From NCBI GenBank assembly GCA_965227295.1, contig OZ245742.1:160001-224000 (forward strand): DNA of 64,000 nt, written 5' to 3'. The stretch is from Leptonemataceae bacterium (GTDB lineage: Bacteria > Spirochaetota > Leptospiria > Leptospirales > Leptonemataceae). Under the pieces are notes generated by a model. That model worked only from the letters and a program-made list of their open reading frames with translations, did no database searches and had not been told where the DNA came from. This document shows, piece by piece, positions 9,030 through 19,357 of this stretch. A program made the position numbers and the translations under genes. How positions within the stretch are numbered: position 1 is the stretch's first letter; every line of letters starts with the position of its first letter.

Positions 9030-10418
9030 ATGACCGACACACCGACATACGAAGAATACATTGAACAAACGAAGCTGGCCCTGCAAAGCGGCGACATACA
9101 GGAAGCACTAAGATCACTTCAGTGGACCTTACGATTTCCCGCCGCCGATCTCGACTCGCCGGAGCGCTGGGCCGGGGCATTTCAGTTGCTGGCGGACGCC
9201 GGCGCCCGGGTGGCCGGCGAAGACTTCAAAGCAAGCATCGCGGCGATTGTCGAAAGCCCGGACGACGTGAACGCCCTCTACAAAGCCGGCTACGATCTCA
9301 TTGAGTACAATCTGCCGGCCATCGCGGCGACGGTGCTGGCCCGGGCCAACGCGACGGCCCCCGGCCAGGAAGGCATCGTCGCCGAACTGGTGGCCGCCTT
9401 CGAACGCGAGGGTTGGAACCACGCCGCGTGCGAGGTACTGCGCAAAGAAACGGAACTGCTGGAACGCAGCTTCATCTGCCGGTACCTGCTCGTGTTCAAC
9501 TCGATTCTCTCAGGCGATCTGAAGACAGCCCGGGAAAACCAGGCGCATCTTCGGCCGGCCGACGACGAGCAGCAGCGTTTCATGGTAAGTACCACCCAGG
9601 CAATGTTAGAACGCGCCGACTTCATTACACAGAACGATCTCGGCAAACTCGATACGATTCCTGGCGAGTTCGCCACGGACCTGCGGGCGTGGCAGTTCGT
9701 AATTTCGGCGACCGTGATGCTGCACATTTCCCGCGAAGGCTTCGATGAAGGCATGCACGGGCGCTACGCCTTCGTTCAGGATTCCTTCGAGCTCTGCCAC
9801 GCCGGTTTGCAAAAGCTGCGCATGCTGCTGGGCGTGAGCGGTCGTCTGCCGAAATCGGTCGCGTATCTTCCCGAGCGCAACAGCGAAATCCTGGGTCACG
9901 CCGCGGCGCAACTCTTCGGAGTCGAAGCGCGGCCCTTCCTGCCGGAAAACGCCGACGACGACTTTGTGGATGCAAGCAACATAGAACTCATCGTCGCGTA
10001 CGATCTGAACGCCCTCTCCGATGAACGCCTCGCGCAAACAATCTATCCGCTGCTCCGCAACGCCGATCCCGGACGACTGCTCTTCACCCACGCCATGAAC
10101 TGGACCGCCGACTTTCCGGTCGCCCCGGACGTCTGCACGTTTCTGTACCAGGCGTGCACATCTCCCTGGGGCGAACGTTTGACCTTCGGCGCATCCAACG
10201 AGGTCACGCAAACCTCGGCCATGACCGAAGACCCGGGCGTGATTGCGCAGTTGATTCTCGATGCAAAGATCGACGACGCCGAATTGGAAGATCGCGACGC
10301 CCTGGAAAACTACGGGCGGGTGCTACGCGGTTCGGCGTTCGACTTTGTGGATCGGGAAATGCAGTCCCGCGCGCGGTTCTTCGTGGGTTCGCCGGTGACC
10401 AGCAATCGCTTTGTGTAA
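9030..10418 (+). CDS. hypothetical protein with helical/TPR-like N-terminus
   Basis: 462-aa ORF 3 nt after the preceding stop; typical codon bias. Confidence 0.75.
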   Translation: MTDTPTYEEYIEQTKLALQSGDIQEALRSLQWTLRFPAADLDSPERWAGAFQLLADAGARVAGEDFKASIAAIVESPDDVNALYKAGYDLIEYNLPAIAATVLARANATAPGQEGIVAELVAAFEREGWNHAACEVLRKETELLERSFICRYLLVFNSILSGDLKTARENQAHLRPADDEQQRFMVSTTQAMLERADFITQNDLGKLDTIPGEFATDLRAWQFVISATVMLHISREGFDEGMHGRYAFVQDSFELCHAGLQKLRMLLGVSGRLPKSVAYLPERNSEILGHAAAQLFGVEARPFLPENADDDFVDASNIELIVAYDLNALSDERLAQTIYPLLRNADPGRLLFTHAMNWTADFPVAPDVCTFLYQACTSPWGERLTFGASNEVTQTSAMTEDPGVIAQLILDAKIDDAELEDRDALENYGRVLRGSAFDFVDREMQSRARFFVGSPVTSNRFV

Positions 10419-10457
10419 TCGCGCACGCCCCGATTCTAAGTACAGGCGGATACGAAC

Positions 10458-11570
10458 TTACTGCTGTTTTTTCTTCTCCGCTTCGAGCAGCATCCGCTTC
10501 GTCCGCCAGCGCACTCGCCGGCGCGCCTTATCCAGAATCTCCGCTTCGAGACGCATGACCGCGTCGTCGACGTCGGCGACGTTCTCCCGCGATTCGCGCG
10601 CCTCCAGGTTTTTGTGACGACGGCCGTGTTCTTGCAGGAACCGAAACAGGCGGTTCGGATGGTTCGTGAACATGCCGTCCACGTTCATGTCCAGGAACTT
10701 TTCCATGTCGCGGTAGCTGTTGATCGTGAACGGCAGAACTTTGACGTCGACGTCGTGGCAGAGGTTCACGAACTTCTGCGTAAGATCCACCGAGTGCGGG
10801 TTAAAGGCGACCATGCCGTACTTTTCTTTGAGATGTTTCGGACTCAGGCGCCCCACGTCCTTGTAGTGCAGCAGCGCCGTTTTGATTTCCGGCGCAATGC
10901 TCCGAATCCGCTCCAGGAAGGCCCAGCGAAACGAAGAGACGATTACACGATCGGTAACGCCGTAGCGTCGCACGGCCTGGACCACCTGGTGCTCCACACC
11001 GTCTTTTTGAAACTCTTCTTCCCAGCACTCTTTCTTGATTTCGATGTTCACCATGATCCCGGCGCCGCGGGAAATCAAGAGTACCTCGTCCAACGACGGC
11101 AGGTGCGCCCCGGTGTACTTCGGGTGAAACCAGCTCCCGGCGTCCAGTTTGCGCAGATCGCGATAGTCCCACTCGTGGACGTACCCGGCGCCGTCCGTCG
11201 TGCGACTGAGCGTGTTGTCGTGCAGAATGATCAGCCGGCGATCCCGGGTCATGGTAACGTCGAACTCGATCATGTGGCAGCCCAGCTTGATCGCCTCGCG
11301 CAATCCGATGAGCGTGTTCTCCGGATACGAACCGCTCCAACCGCGATGGGCAATGACCATGAAATCCTCCGGACCCTTAAGTTCCGCAAGGTCAATCTTA
11401 GCGTCCTCCGCGGCGCGCTCCAGATCCCGGCGCTCCTGTTCCAGGGCGTGCCCGGCCTTCTGGTACTCCGCCTGCAACTCCGTGTTGATCAGTTGATCGA
11501 AGGCTTCCAGGCGAATGCGGATTTCTTCTTCGGTGTAGTTATAGAATTCAGGGTACGTTTTCGATGACAT
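10458..11570 (-). CDS. glycerophosphodiester phosphodiesterase family protein
   Basis: IAHRGWSGSYPENT, IEFDV, LHD, NIEIK, SSF and DGMFTNHP motifs; charged helical extensions at both ends. Confidence 0.93.
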   Translation of the reverse strand: MSSKTYPEFYNYTEEEIRIRLEAFDQLINTELQAEYQKAGHALEQERRDLERAAEDAKIDLAELKGPEDFMVIAHRGWSGSYPENTLIGLREAIKLGCHMIEFDVTMTRDRRLIILHDNTLSRTTDGAGYVHEWDYRDLRKLDAGSWFHPKYTGAHLPSLDEVLLISRGAGIMVNIEIKKECWEEEFQKDGVEHQVVQAVRRYGVTDRVIVSSFRWAFLERIRSIAPEIKTALLHYKDVGRLSPKHLKEKYGMVAFNPHSVDLTQKFVNLCHDVDVKVLPFTINSYRDMEKFLDMNVDGMFTNHPNRLFRFLQEHGRRHKNLEARESRENVADVDDAVMRLEAEILDKARRRVRWRTKRMLLEAEKKKQQ

Positions 11571-11599
11571 ACTTTAGAACTTAAGCGACAGGGAGGAAT

Positions 11600-13819
11600 T
11601 TACTCAGCCCCCGGATGATACTCCCGCTCGGTGCGCGCACGCAGGTCCGCCTCGTGAAACAAGGACGGCCGCAGCAGTCGCCGGCTCATGAGGAACGCCT
11701 GGTCGTCGTAATGCTCCGACTCCGGCCGCGAGACGTTGCCGAACTGATGCAACGAAAACGAACGCGGGCCGTCCGGCGTGAACTCCACGATCTGCACGTA
11801 GGTGTCCCCGGCCCAACCGACGAGCTTGCCGTCCGGCGCGGGTTTGGTGTGCACGGCGTTGAGAATATCCGGCCCGCCGCCCATGGGCAGGTCCGTTTCG
11901 CCGCGACGAATGCGCTGGGCCTCGCCGAGGGGCACGTCGATGCGGCCAAAGTTCTTTAAAAGATAAGTTACGGCCTCGCGGAATCCGTCGCAGGGATCCG
12001 GGCGGTACAACGAGCGCTCCAGGACCGCGGTGATCGTGGGCTGGAACGTACGAATCGCCAGGGCGGCCGTGGTGTCCGTCATATGGGTGCTGCCGTCCCA
12101 GCGATGCAGCATTTCGAGGCCGCGCTGTTCGAAGCCGTTCCGCGCCTCGCAGCCGGCGAGCACCGGATAGATGACGTCCGTGTAAATGGGCGCGTCCTTC
12201 GAGTAGTATTGATCCCACTTGTAGCGCTGGAATTCCTCGGCCGTGATGGACTCGTCGCCGCCGAAGAGTTCGCGCGAGCGGATCGCGCGGTTGGTCATGC
12301 GTGTTTCGATGCCGTCCGCCGGAGAATAGTTGTCGCGCCGCGGGTTGCCGTTGCCGGTGGTCGTAAAGAACGGATCGCTGTTGCAGTTCTGTACGAAATC
12401 CGCCGGCGGGTTCAGCACCGACGGCAACCGGTCAAAAGGCAGCACTTCCGGATCCCACAGCGCCGCGAGTTCATTGCCGGGCAGCACGGTACGATAGTCG
12501 TAACGCTCGTCGCGATTCGGCAGGAGGGCGTTATAAACGTAAAAGATGTTGCGCGCATCGGCGTAGATCGTATGCATCATGGGAACGTTCTGGCGGCGCA
12601 TGGCGTCACGCCACTCATCGAAGTTGCGCGCCTTGTTCATACGATACCACTGCTCCACGGCCCCGACCTCGCGCCCGGCGGCGGTGTGGCGAATGGCATA
12701 ATAACCGGCCTTGCCCTTGATCACCGGGCCGTGCACGCTCCGGTAAAACGTCTGCTCCAGCACGAACTCCGGCAGCGGAATCTCGAACAAACCCACGTCC
12801 ACCATGATCCGCGAGCGATACGTTTCTAACTCACGCCACTCATCACCCAGGCGGTACGTCAACTCACGCTCCGGATGCATCTCCAGTTTATAGATGTCCC
12901 ACATGTCCGGCGCGTTTACCGTGTGCGCCCAGCCCAAATTCTCGTTGTGCCCCACGAAAATGACCGGGGCGCCGGGGAACGTGCCGCCGATCGTGTTCCA
13001 GCCTTCCTCCGAAACGACGTGGGCCTCGTACCAGGCCACGGCGCCGGTGTAAGGTTGATGTGAGTTTACATTAAGCCGCACGATGCCGTCCGCCGAGCGC
13101 CGCCGGCCCACGGCGTGAGCGTTCGAACCGATCATGCGCGGAAAAACGACAGCCGCCTCATCCTCCTGCTTCTCGTAGTAATCCCCGAAGCCCGCCTGCA
13201 CCGGATCGCCCACGTTCAACTCCTCGGCGTCCAGGATCGCCTTGATTCCGGCGTTCACGCGCTGAAACAGCGGCAGCTTATGTGCGAAACCGCGGGCGAC
13301 GTCGACGCCGGTGATGGGCAGAAAACGGCCGTCGGCCTCGTCGGGATGACGGGCGGCATAGAAGTTCAGGCCGGCGGCGTAAGCTTCGAGGACGGCTTTC
13401 ATCTCCGGTGAGAGCCGTGCGTACTGCTGTTCCGCCGCTGCCTGAACGCGAAACGAGCGCACAAAGAAGTCGTTGCCGACGGCGGTTTCGCTCAGGAGCG
13501 CGCGGGACAGTTCGCCCCGGGCCGCGGTGAGCGCGAGGAAGATGGTCCGCCAGTCGTCCTCGGCGTGGGCGTAGGCGAAACCGAAGGCCGCGTCGGCGTC
13601 GGTCTTACCGAAGATGTGCGGCACGCCGAATTCATCGCGGACGATGGTGACACGTTCGGCCCGGACGAGCTGCGCCTCGGTGACGCCGGGCACCGCCGGA
13701 AACGTGAGCGCCGGGCGCACGAGATACCAGAGCCAGCCCAGGAAAACCAGCGCAAGCACGGCGACAAACACCCGCATAATACGGGACGAAAAGGGAATAC
13801 GTTCGAGGAGCTTCATCAT
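11600..13819 (-). CDS. penicillin acylase family (Ntn hydrolase) protein, membrane-anchored
   Basis: IVRDEFGVPHI, FAYAHAED, GSNAHAV (nucleophile Ser), NSHQP, WAHTVN and NCN motifs; start taken at ATG 13819. Confidence 0.93.
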   Translation of the reverse strand: MMKLLERIPFSSRIMRVFVAVLALVFLGWLWYLVRPALTFPAVPGVTEAQLVRAERVTIVRDEFGVPHIFGKTDADAAFGFAYAHAEDDWRTIFLALTAARGELSRALLSETAVGNDFFVRSFRVQAAAEQQYARLSPEMKAVLEAYAAGLNFYAARHPDEADGRFLPITGVDVARGFAHKLPLFQRVNAGIKAILDAEELNVGDPVQAGFGDYYEKQEDEAAVVFPRMIGSNAHAVGRRRSADGIVRLNVNSHQPYTGAVAWYEAHVVSEEGWNTIGGTFPGAPVIFVGHNENLGWAHTVNAPDMWDIYKLEMHPERELTYRLGDEWRELETYRSRIMVDVGLFEIPLPEFVLEQTFYRSVHGPVIKGKAGYYAIRHTAAGREVGAVEQWYRMNKARNFDEWRDAMRRQNVPMMHTIYADARNIFYVYNALLPNRDERYDYRTVLPGNELAALWDPEVLPFDRLPSVLNPPADFVQNCNSDPFFTTTGNGNPRRDNYSPADGIETRMTNRAIRSRELFGGDESITAEEFQRYKWDQYYSKDAPIYTDVIYPVLAGCEARNGFEQRGLEMLHRWDGSTHMTDTTAALAIRTFQPTITAVLERSLYRPDPCDGFREAVTYLLKNFGRIDVPLGEAQRIRRGETDLPMGGGPDILNAVHTKPAPDGKLVGWAGDTYVQIVEFTPDGPRSFSLHQFGNVSRPESEHYDDQAFLMSRRLLRPSLFHEADLRARTEREYHPGAE

Positions 13820-13876
13820 TGACTGAATACCGGACCTCAGAAAGAACTGAACAAAACCGCTGTAAATCGGATTTTT

Positions 13877-14869
13877 ATGCCCGCACCCGCCCTTCGCCAG
13901 CGCACCGCCCCCGTGACGTCCTTCCTCATTCTCGTCAACACCGCGGTCTACATCTACGTCACCATCTTCGTCGGCCAGGCGGGCTCCTTCGCCTTCCTCG
14001 ATGACTACGGCCTGAACCCGCAGGAGTTCTGGGAGCATCAAAAAGTGTGGCAGCCGCTCACTTCGATGTTCATCCACGTCTTTCTCATTCATTATGCCTT
14101 CAATATGCTGGCGCTGTGGTCCGTGGGCACGCCCCTCGAAATGACCATCGGCTCGGTGGGTTTCGCCTGGCTCTACATGATTTCCGGTTTTGCGGGTTCG
14201 ATCTTCCTGTTGATCTTTAATCCGGACCTGCCCGGCGGCGCCCACGGCGCGTCCGGCGCGGTCTTCGGCCTGCTCGGCGCCCTCGCCATCTTTTATCCCA
14301 ACTCACGTCTGCTCGTCATGTTCATTCCCATGAAGGCCATTACCGCCGCCTTCGCCCTGGCCGGCCTGTCGTTGTTCATGTATCTGTTCGACGTGTTGAC
14401 GATCATCGCGCACATGGCGCACCTGGGCGGCCTCGTCGGCGGTTTTCTGTACTCGAAGTTCGCGCTGCAATTACAGATCGGCCGCAGCACGCTGAGGGCT
14501 TCTCCGGGTGTTGCCTGGTGGGACGAACGCAAACGCAAGGCCACGCCCGAAGAAGAGGTGCTGCGCATGATGCGCGGCCTCGCCGACGACGACGCGAAAC
14601 CGCAGCCCCGGTCCCCGTACTCCGACGCGCGAAGCGATGTGTTGAATCAAACGCAGCAGACACCGGATCTTAAGACGCCCGCGCCGGAAGTTAAGGACGA
14701 TGCGGCGCCGATGCCGTCAACGCCGCCGACGCGTGAGGGCCCGCCGGATAGTTCGCCGCCGGATCAGCCGGCGCCTCCCGATGGTTCGCAGAGTCCGGCC
14801 CCGGAGCCGGGCAGCGGAGAGAAGCGGCTGCACTTCAATCCGGAGACGGGCAAGTTCGAGTTACGGTGA
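13877..14869 (+). CDS. rhomboid family intramembrane serine protease with Pro-rich C-tail
   Basis: WQPLTSMFIH, HYAFNM, GASGAVFG (catalytic Ser) and AHMAHLGG (catalytic His). Confidence 0.95.
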   Translation: MPAPALRQRTAPVTSFLILVNTAVYIYVTIFVGQAGSFAFLDDYGLNPQEFWEHQKVWQPLTSMFIHVFLIHYAFNMLALWSVGTPLEMTIGSVGFAWLYMISGFAGSIFLLIFNPDLPGGAHGASGAVFGLLGALAIFYPNSRLLVMFIPMKAITAAFALAGLSLFMYLFDVLTIIAHMAHLGGLVGGFLYSKFALQLQIGRSTLRASPGVAWWDERKRKATPEEEVLRMMRGLADDDAKPQPRSPYSDARSDVLNQTQQTPDLKTPAPEVKDDAAPMPSTPPTREGPPDSSPPDQPAPPDGSQSPAPEPGSGEKRLHFNPETGKFELR

Positions 14870-15745
14870 GTCTCCTGGCCGCTCTCGAATGTGCACATCT
14901 CTCTGCGGAAACGGCACGCGCACGCCGTACTCGCGCATCTTCGCGTGAATCGCAAAGTTCAAATCGCTCACCAGGCGACCTTTGCGGTGCAGCCGTTCCT
15001 TCGTAAACACGCGCAGATCAAACTTTAAGCCGCTGTCACCGAACTCCAGGAAGCGCACCACCGGCTCCGGAAAGTCCAGGACGTCGTCGTGCTCCGCCGC
15101 GGCCTCGAGCAACGCGCGCTGTACATTGTCCAGATCGCTCTCGTAATCGACGAGCAGCGGAATGCGAAAGCGAATGCGTTGTTCGGTGTGGGACCAGTTG
15201 ATCACGTTCTCCGAAACGAAACGCGAGTTGGGAATGATGATGGCGATGTCGTCGTTCGTGAGGACCGTCGTACTGCGCAGGCCGATGTTCAAAACGGTGC
15301 CCTCGACGCCGCCGACTTCGACGCGGTCGCCGATCTTGATCGGCCGCTCGAACAGAATGATCACCCCGCTTACGAAGTTATCGGCGATGTTCTGCAATCC
15401 GAAGCCCAGGCCGACGCCCACGGCACCGGCGATAACGGTGAGCGTCGTCAGATCAATGCCGGTGCTCTGCACGATGACCAGCAGGCCGATCAGAATCACC
15501 ACGTAACGCACGATGCTGCCGATGGCCTGGCGCACGCCGATGTCGACTTTACTCTTCGCGAACAGGCGGTCCGTGATGAGCGCGGTCAGCCGTTTGGTAA
15601 TGACGAACAACAGGATCACGGCGACCAGGAAGTACGTTACTGTCCACACGGTGATGGTCTTACTTTCGAGTTCCACGAGGGGGATGGCCAGCCACTCCGG
15701 CACCGCGCCGAGCATATCCCACATCCATCGCATCATCTCACTCAA
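14861..15745 (-). CDS. small-conductance mechanosensitive channel MscS family
   Basis: GVGLGFGLQNIADNFVSG, ERPIKIGD, IGLRST, IIPNS and PFPQRDVH motifs. Confidence 0.95.
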   Translation of the reverse strand: MSEMMRWMWDMLGAVPEWLAIPLVELESKTITVWTVTYFLVAVILLFVITKRLTALITDRLFAKSKVDIGVRQAIGSIVRYVVILIGLLVIVQSTGIDLTTLTVIAGAVGVGLGFGLQNIADNFVSGVIILFERPIKIGDRVEVGGVEGTVLNIGLRSTTVLTNDDIAIIIPNSRFVSENVINWSHTEQRIRFRIPLLVDYESDLDNVQRALLEAAAEHDDVLDFPEPVVRFLEFGDSGLKFDLRVFTKERLHRKGRLVSDLNFAIHAKMREYGVRVPFPQRDVHIRERPGDSP

Positions 15746-15866
15746 ATCATTCTGCTCCCGTACAACGCGACCGAACGTTGCCCGCGGCCGCCGCCGTGTT
15801 TATACTGTTGCGTGTAAGTATAATAAAAGAAAACGTGGATTCCTTCAACGACTCCCGGACCAATCG

Positions 15867-17252
15867 ATGAACACCATCGCAGCAAAACCCTATCGATCCA
15901 TCAACCCCGCCACTGAAGAAGTGATCTCCGGGTACCCGCACATCGGCGCGGCCGAAGCCGCCGCGGCCGTAGAACGCGGTCACGCGGCCTTTGTGAAGTG
16001 GCGCGAAACAACTTTCGAACATCGTGCACAAATATTGCGCAAGGCGGCGGCCCTTCTAAAAGAAGACAAACGCAAGTTCGCCGAACTCATGGCCCGGGAG
16101 ATGGGCAAACCCCTGGCCGAGGGCGAAGGGGAAATCGAAAAATGCGCCTGGGCCTGCGAGCACTACGCCGAACACGCGGCACAGTATCTCTCCGAAGAAG
16201 ACGTGCAAACCGGGGCGGCGCATGCCTTCGTCAGTTATCAGCCCATCGGCCTCGTACTTGCGGTCATGCCCTGGAACTTTCCGTTCTGGCAGGTCTTTCG
16301 TTTCAGTGCGCCGGCGCTTATGGCGGGCAACGGCGCCATCCTCAAACACGCCGAAAACGTGCCCGGCTGCGCCCTGGCCGTAGAAGACGTGTTCATGCGG
16401 GCCGGTCTGCCGCAGCACTTATTTCAGAATCTCTTCGTCGACCATGCAGTCACGGCGAAGCTCATCGAACACAAACTTGTGCGCGCCGTAACCTTAACCG
16501 GCAGCGTTCGCGCCGGTCGCGCGGTGGCCGCGAAGGCGGGCGAACAGTTGAAGAAGAGCGTCCTGGAACTCGGCGGCAGCGACGCCTACGTCGTTCTGGG
16601 AGACGCGGACCTCGACCTGGCAGCACAGGTCTGCGCCGCCTCACGCATGATCAACGGCGGCCAGTCCTGCGTGGCGGCCAAGCGCTTCATCGTGGTCGAC
16701 GCCGTCTACGACGCATTTCTGAAAAAGTTTCTCGAAAGATTGCGCACTGTGAAGATGGGCGATCCGTTCACCGACGGTGTAACCCTGGGCCCCCAGGCCC
16801 GCGCGGATTTGCGCGACGATTTGCACGATCAGGTGCGACGCAGTGTGGACGCCGGAGCCGAAGTCGTACTCGGCGGCGAAATTCCGGACGGCCCCGGTTT
16901 TTATTATCCGCCGACGGTACTCACGAACGTCGCGCCCGGCAGCCCGGCGTACTCCGAGGAACTCTTCGGCCCGGTGGCGGCGGTGATTCGCGCGAAGGAC
17001 ACCGACGACGCCCTGCGCATCGCCAACGACAGCGACTACGGCCTCGGCGGCGCCATCTTCACGGCGGACGTCGAGCGCGGGGAACGCCTGGCCGCGGAAC
17101 GTTTCGACAGCGGCAACGTCGGCGTCAACGGCCAGGTACGCTCGGACCCGCGTCTGCCTTTCGGCGGCGTCAAGGACAGCGGCTACGGCCGGGAGCTCTC
17201 GCACTTCGGCATCCGCGAATTCGTCAACATCAAAACGGTGTTGCGCTCGTAA
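15867..17252 (+). CDS. NAD(P)-dependent succinate-semialdehyde dehydrogenase (Sad/GabD-type ALDH)
   Basis: SINPATE, MPWNFPFWQ, TLTGS, VLELGGSD, GQSCVAAKRF, EELFGPV and PFGGVKDSGYGRE motifs. Confidence 0.93.
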   Translation: MNTIAAKPYRSINPATEEVISGYPHIGAAEAAAAVERGHAAFVKWRETTFEHRAQILRKAAALLKEDKRKFAELMAREMGKPLAEGEGEIEKCAWACEHYAEHAAQYLSEEDVQTGAAHAFVSYQPIGLVLAVMPWNFPFWQVFRFSAPALMAGNGAILKHAENVPGCALAVEDVFMRAGLPQHLFQNLFVDHAVTAKLIEHKLVRAVTLTGSVRAGRAVAAKAGEQLKKSVLELGGSDAYVVLGDADLDLAAQVCAASRMINGGQSCVAAKRFIVVDAVYDAFLKKFLERLRTVKMGDPFTDGVTLGPQARADLRDDLHDQVRRSVDAGAEVVLGGEIPDGPGFYYPPTVLTNVAPGSPAYSEELFGPVAAVIRAKDTDDALRIANDSDYGLGGAIFTADVERGERLAAERFDSGNVGVNGQVRSDPRLPFGGVKDSGYGRELSHFGIREFVNIKTVLRS

Positions 17253-17282
17253 CATTTCGTAAAAAGCACTTAACGGGAGATC

Positions 17283-19070
17283 ATTATTCTCGAAATCGCA
17301 TTCGTTCTCGTACTGATCGTCGCCTTCTTGCTGGTGCTGGCCTTCGAAAAGCTCCGGCCGGACACGGCCGCGCTCTGCGTCATGGCGGCGCTCATGCTCG
17401 GCGGCGTCGTCGACCCCGGCGAAGCCGTGCAGGGATTCGCCAACAAGGCCACGCTCACCGTGGGCGCCATGTTCGTTTTGAGCGCCGGTCTCTTAAAGTC
17501 AGGTGCGCTGAACTTTGTGGCGGACAGCCTCGGCCACGTCTTTGATCGCAATTTCTGGGCCGGCCTCATTGCCATGATGTTTCTCATCGGCGCCGTGTCG
17601 GGTTTCATCAACAATACCGCTGCCGTGGCCATCTTCCTGCCGTTGATCCTGCGTGCCGCCCGCCGTGCGGAGGTCTCCGCTTCGAAGGTGCTTATGCCGC
17701 TATCGTTCGCCTCGATGTTCGGCGGGGTCTGCACGTTGATCGGCACGTCCACGAACATCCTGGTGAGTTCCATCGCCGCGGAGCGCGGCCTGGAACCCTT
17801 CGGCATGTTCGAGTTCGCGCCCCTGGGCGTGTTGATCTTCGCCGCCGGCCTGCCGTACATGCTGTTCGCGGCCGCGCGCCTGATTCCCGAACGCGAAGCA
17901 GGCCGGGAAAACTTAACCGGTGATTTTCAGATGGCGAACTATCTCACCGACGTCCGCGTTCTCCAGGATGCGGGCTGGGCCGGCAAGGCCATGCGGGAGT
18001 CACCCTTCTGCGACGGCACCGACGACGACATCGAGATCCTGGCCGTTTATCGCGAAGACGAAGTACTGAAGAATCTCAGCGGAGATACGATCCTCAAGGT
18101 CGGCGACGTGCTCCGCATTCGCAGCGACGTCGAGCGCATCCGCGACCTACAACGTTCCCGCGGCGTGCTGGTTCTCGCTTCCGGCGGATTCCAGGACAAG
18201 GACCTGAACACCGATGAGGCCGTCCTGCTGGAAGCCGTGATCGCGCCGAACTCGCCGATCTCCGGCAAGACACTAAAAAAAACACGGCTGCTCAAAAATT
18301 ATGGCGCTTCGATTCTCGCCATCGGCCGACGCGGTCGCATCTTACACGAGCGCCTGGACGAGGTGGAACTCGGCCCCGGGAACACCCTGCTCCTTCAGAT
18401 ACCGCCGGAGCAACGCGAAGATCTCACGAACGATCCGGCATTCGTGATGGCCTCCGAGGTACCGGAGCCCGAGGAACGTCCGGCAAAGATCTGGCCGTCG
18501 GTGTTGATCGTCGCGTCCGTGGTGACCCTGGCTGCGGCGGGTGTCTTTTCGATTCTAACAGCCAGCATCGCCGGCGCCGTGCTGATGATTCTTACCGGCT
18601 GCCTGCGCGCCGAGGAGGCCTACGAGGCCATCGACTGGCAGGTCATCTTTTTGCTCGCAGGTGTGCTCAGTCTCGGCGTCGCCCTGGAAACCACCGGCGG
18701 TGCGGAACTGCTCGCCGACGGCATTGCGAAGTACCTGGGACCGCTCGGTCCCGCGTTTATTGTATCGGCGATCTTTCTCGTAACGTTCCTGTTGACGAAC
18801 GTCATTTCCAACAACGCCTCGGCCGCGCTCTTTGCCCCCGTCGCGATTACCCTGGCCGAATCCCTGAACGTCGACCCGCGCCCGCTGCTCATGGCAGTGA
18901 CCTTCGCCGCGTCGCTGTCGTTCATGACGCCCATCGGCTACCAGACGAACACCTTCATTTACGGGCCGGGTCGTTATAAATTCGGCGACTTCTTTCGCGT
19001 GGGTACCCCGCTGAACTTTATTCTGTGGGTCATCGCATCGGTGATGATTCCGGTGATCTGGCCGTTTTAA
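17283..19070 (+). CDS. SLC13/CitMHS-type permease with TrkA-C domains
   Basis: SGFINNTAAV, GGVCTLIGTSTNI, ISNNASA and TPIGYQTN motifs with two central TrkA-C-like domains. Start uncertain: ATT at 17283/17286 after GGGAG, or TTG at 17328. Confidence 0.9.
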   Translation: MILEIAFVLVLIVAFLLVLAFEKLRPDTAALCVMAALMLGGVVDPGEAVQGFANKATLTVGAMFVLSAGLLKSGALNFVADSLGHVFDRNFWAGLIAMMFLIGAVSGFINNTAAVAIFLPLILRAARRAEVSASKVLMPLSFASMFGGVCTLIGTSTNILVSSIAAERGLEPFGMFEFAPLGVLIFAAGLPYMLFAAARLIPEREAGRENLTGDFQMANYLTDVRVLQDAGWAGKAMRESPFCDGTDDDIEILAVYREDEVLKNLSGDTILKVGDVLRIRSDVERIRDLQRSRGVLVLASGGFQDKDLNTDEAVLLEAVIAPNSPISGKTLKKTRLLKNYGASILAIGRRGRILHERLDEVELGPGNTLLLQIPPEQREDLTNDPAFVMASEVPEPEERPAKIWPSVLIVASVVTLAAAGVFSILTASIAGAVLMILTGCLRAEEAYEAIDWQVIFLLAGVLSLGVALETTGGAELLADGIAKYLGPLGPAFIVSAIFLVTFLLTNVISNNASAALFAPVAITLAESLNVDPRPLLMAVTFAASLSFMTPIGYQTNTFIYGPGRYKFGDFFRVGTPLNFILWVIASVMIPVIWPF

Positions 19071-19187
19071 GGATCTTGTCGAGCCTTCGAAAAAAAGCAC
19101 CGCTGTCCCTTGCAACCTGCTGTGGACCAAAAAAAATCTCTAGACACGCCCCCCTTCAAATCGTCCCATATCCATCCGAGGTCTCTT

Positions 19188-19346
19188 ATGAATCCGAATC
19201 ATGCCGAAGAACTGACCAACCTTGCACCGAACGCGGACATTGCTCCGGACGCTCTGGCGCGCGTGGTCGACGAAGTGCGCGCTGAAGCGCAAATCAGCCC
19301 CGACCGCTACCTGAACGAAACGATCGTTCCGGAAGGCGGCGAGTAA
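19188..19346 (+). CDS. Pup-like small protein modifier (52 aa, C-terminal GGE)
   Basis: GAGGT RBS then ATG 19188; MNPNHAEELTNLAPNADIAPDALARVVDEVRAEAQISPDRYLNETIVPEGGE*; acidic, ends in GGE, and lies 11 nt upstream of a PafA-family gene. Confidence 0.8.
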   Translation: MNPNHAEELTNLAPNADIAPDALARVVDEVRAEAQISPDRYLNETIVPEGGE

Positions 19347-19357
19347 GTCGCTTCTCC

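Noticed and set aside
15998-17545. Long Arg-rich alternative-frame ORFs (also 47555-49216, 825-1889, 61535-62470)
   Set aside because: These are typical high-GC shadow frames overlapping well-supported genes, with no motifs.
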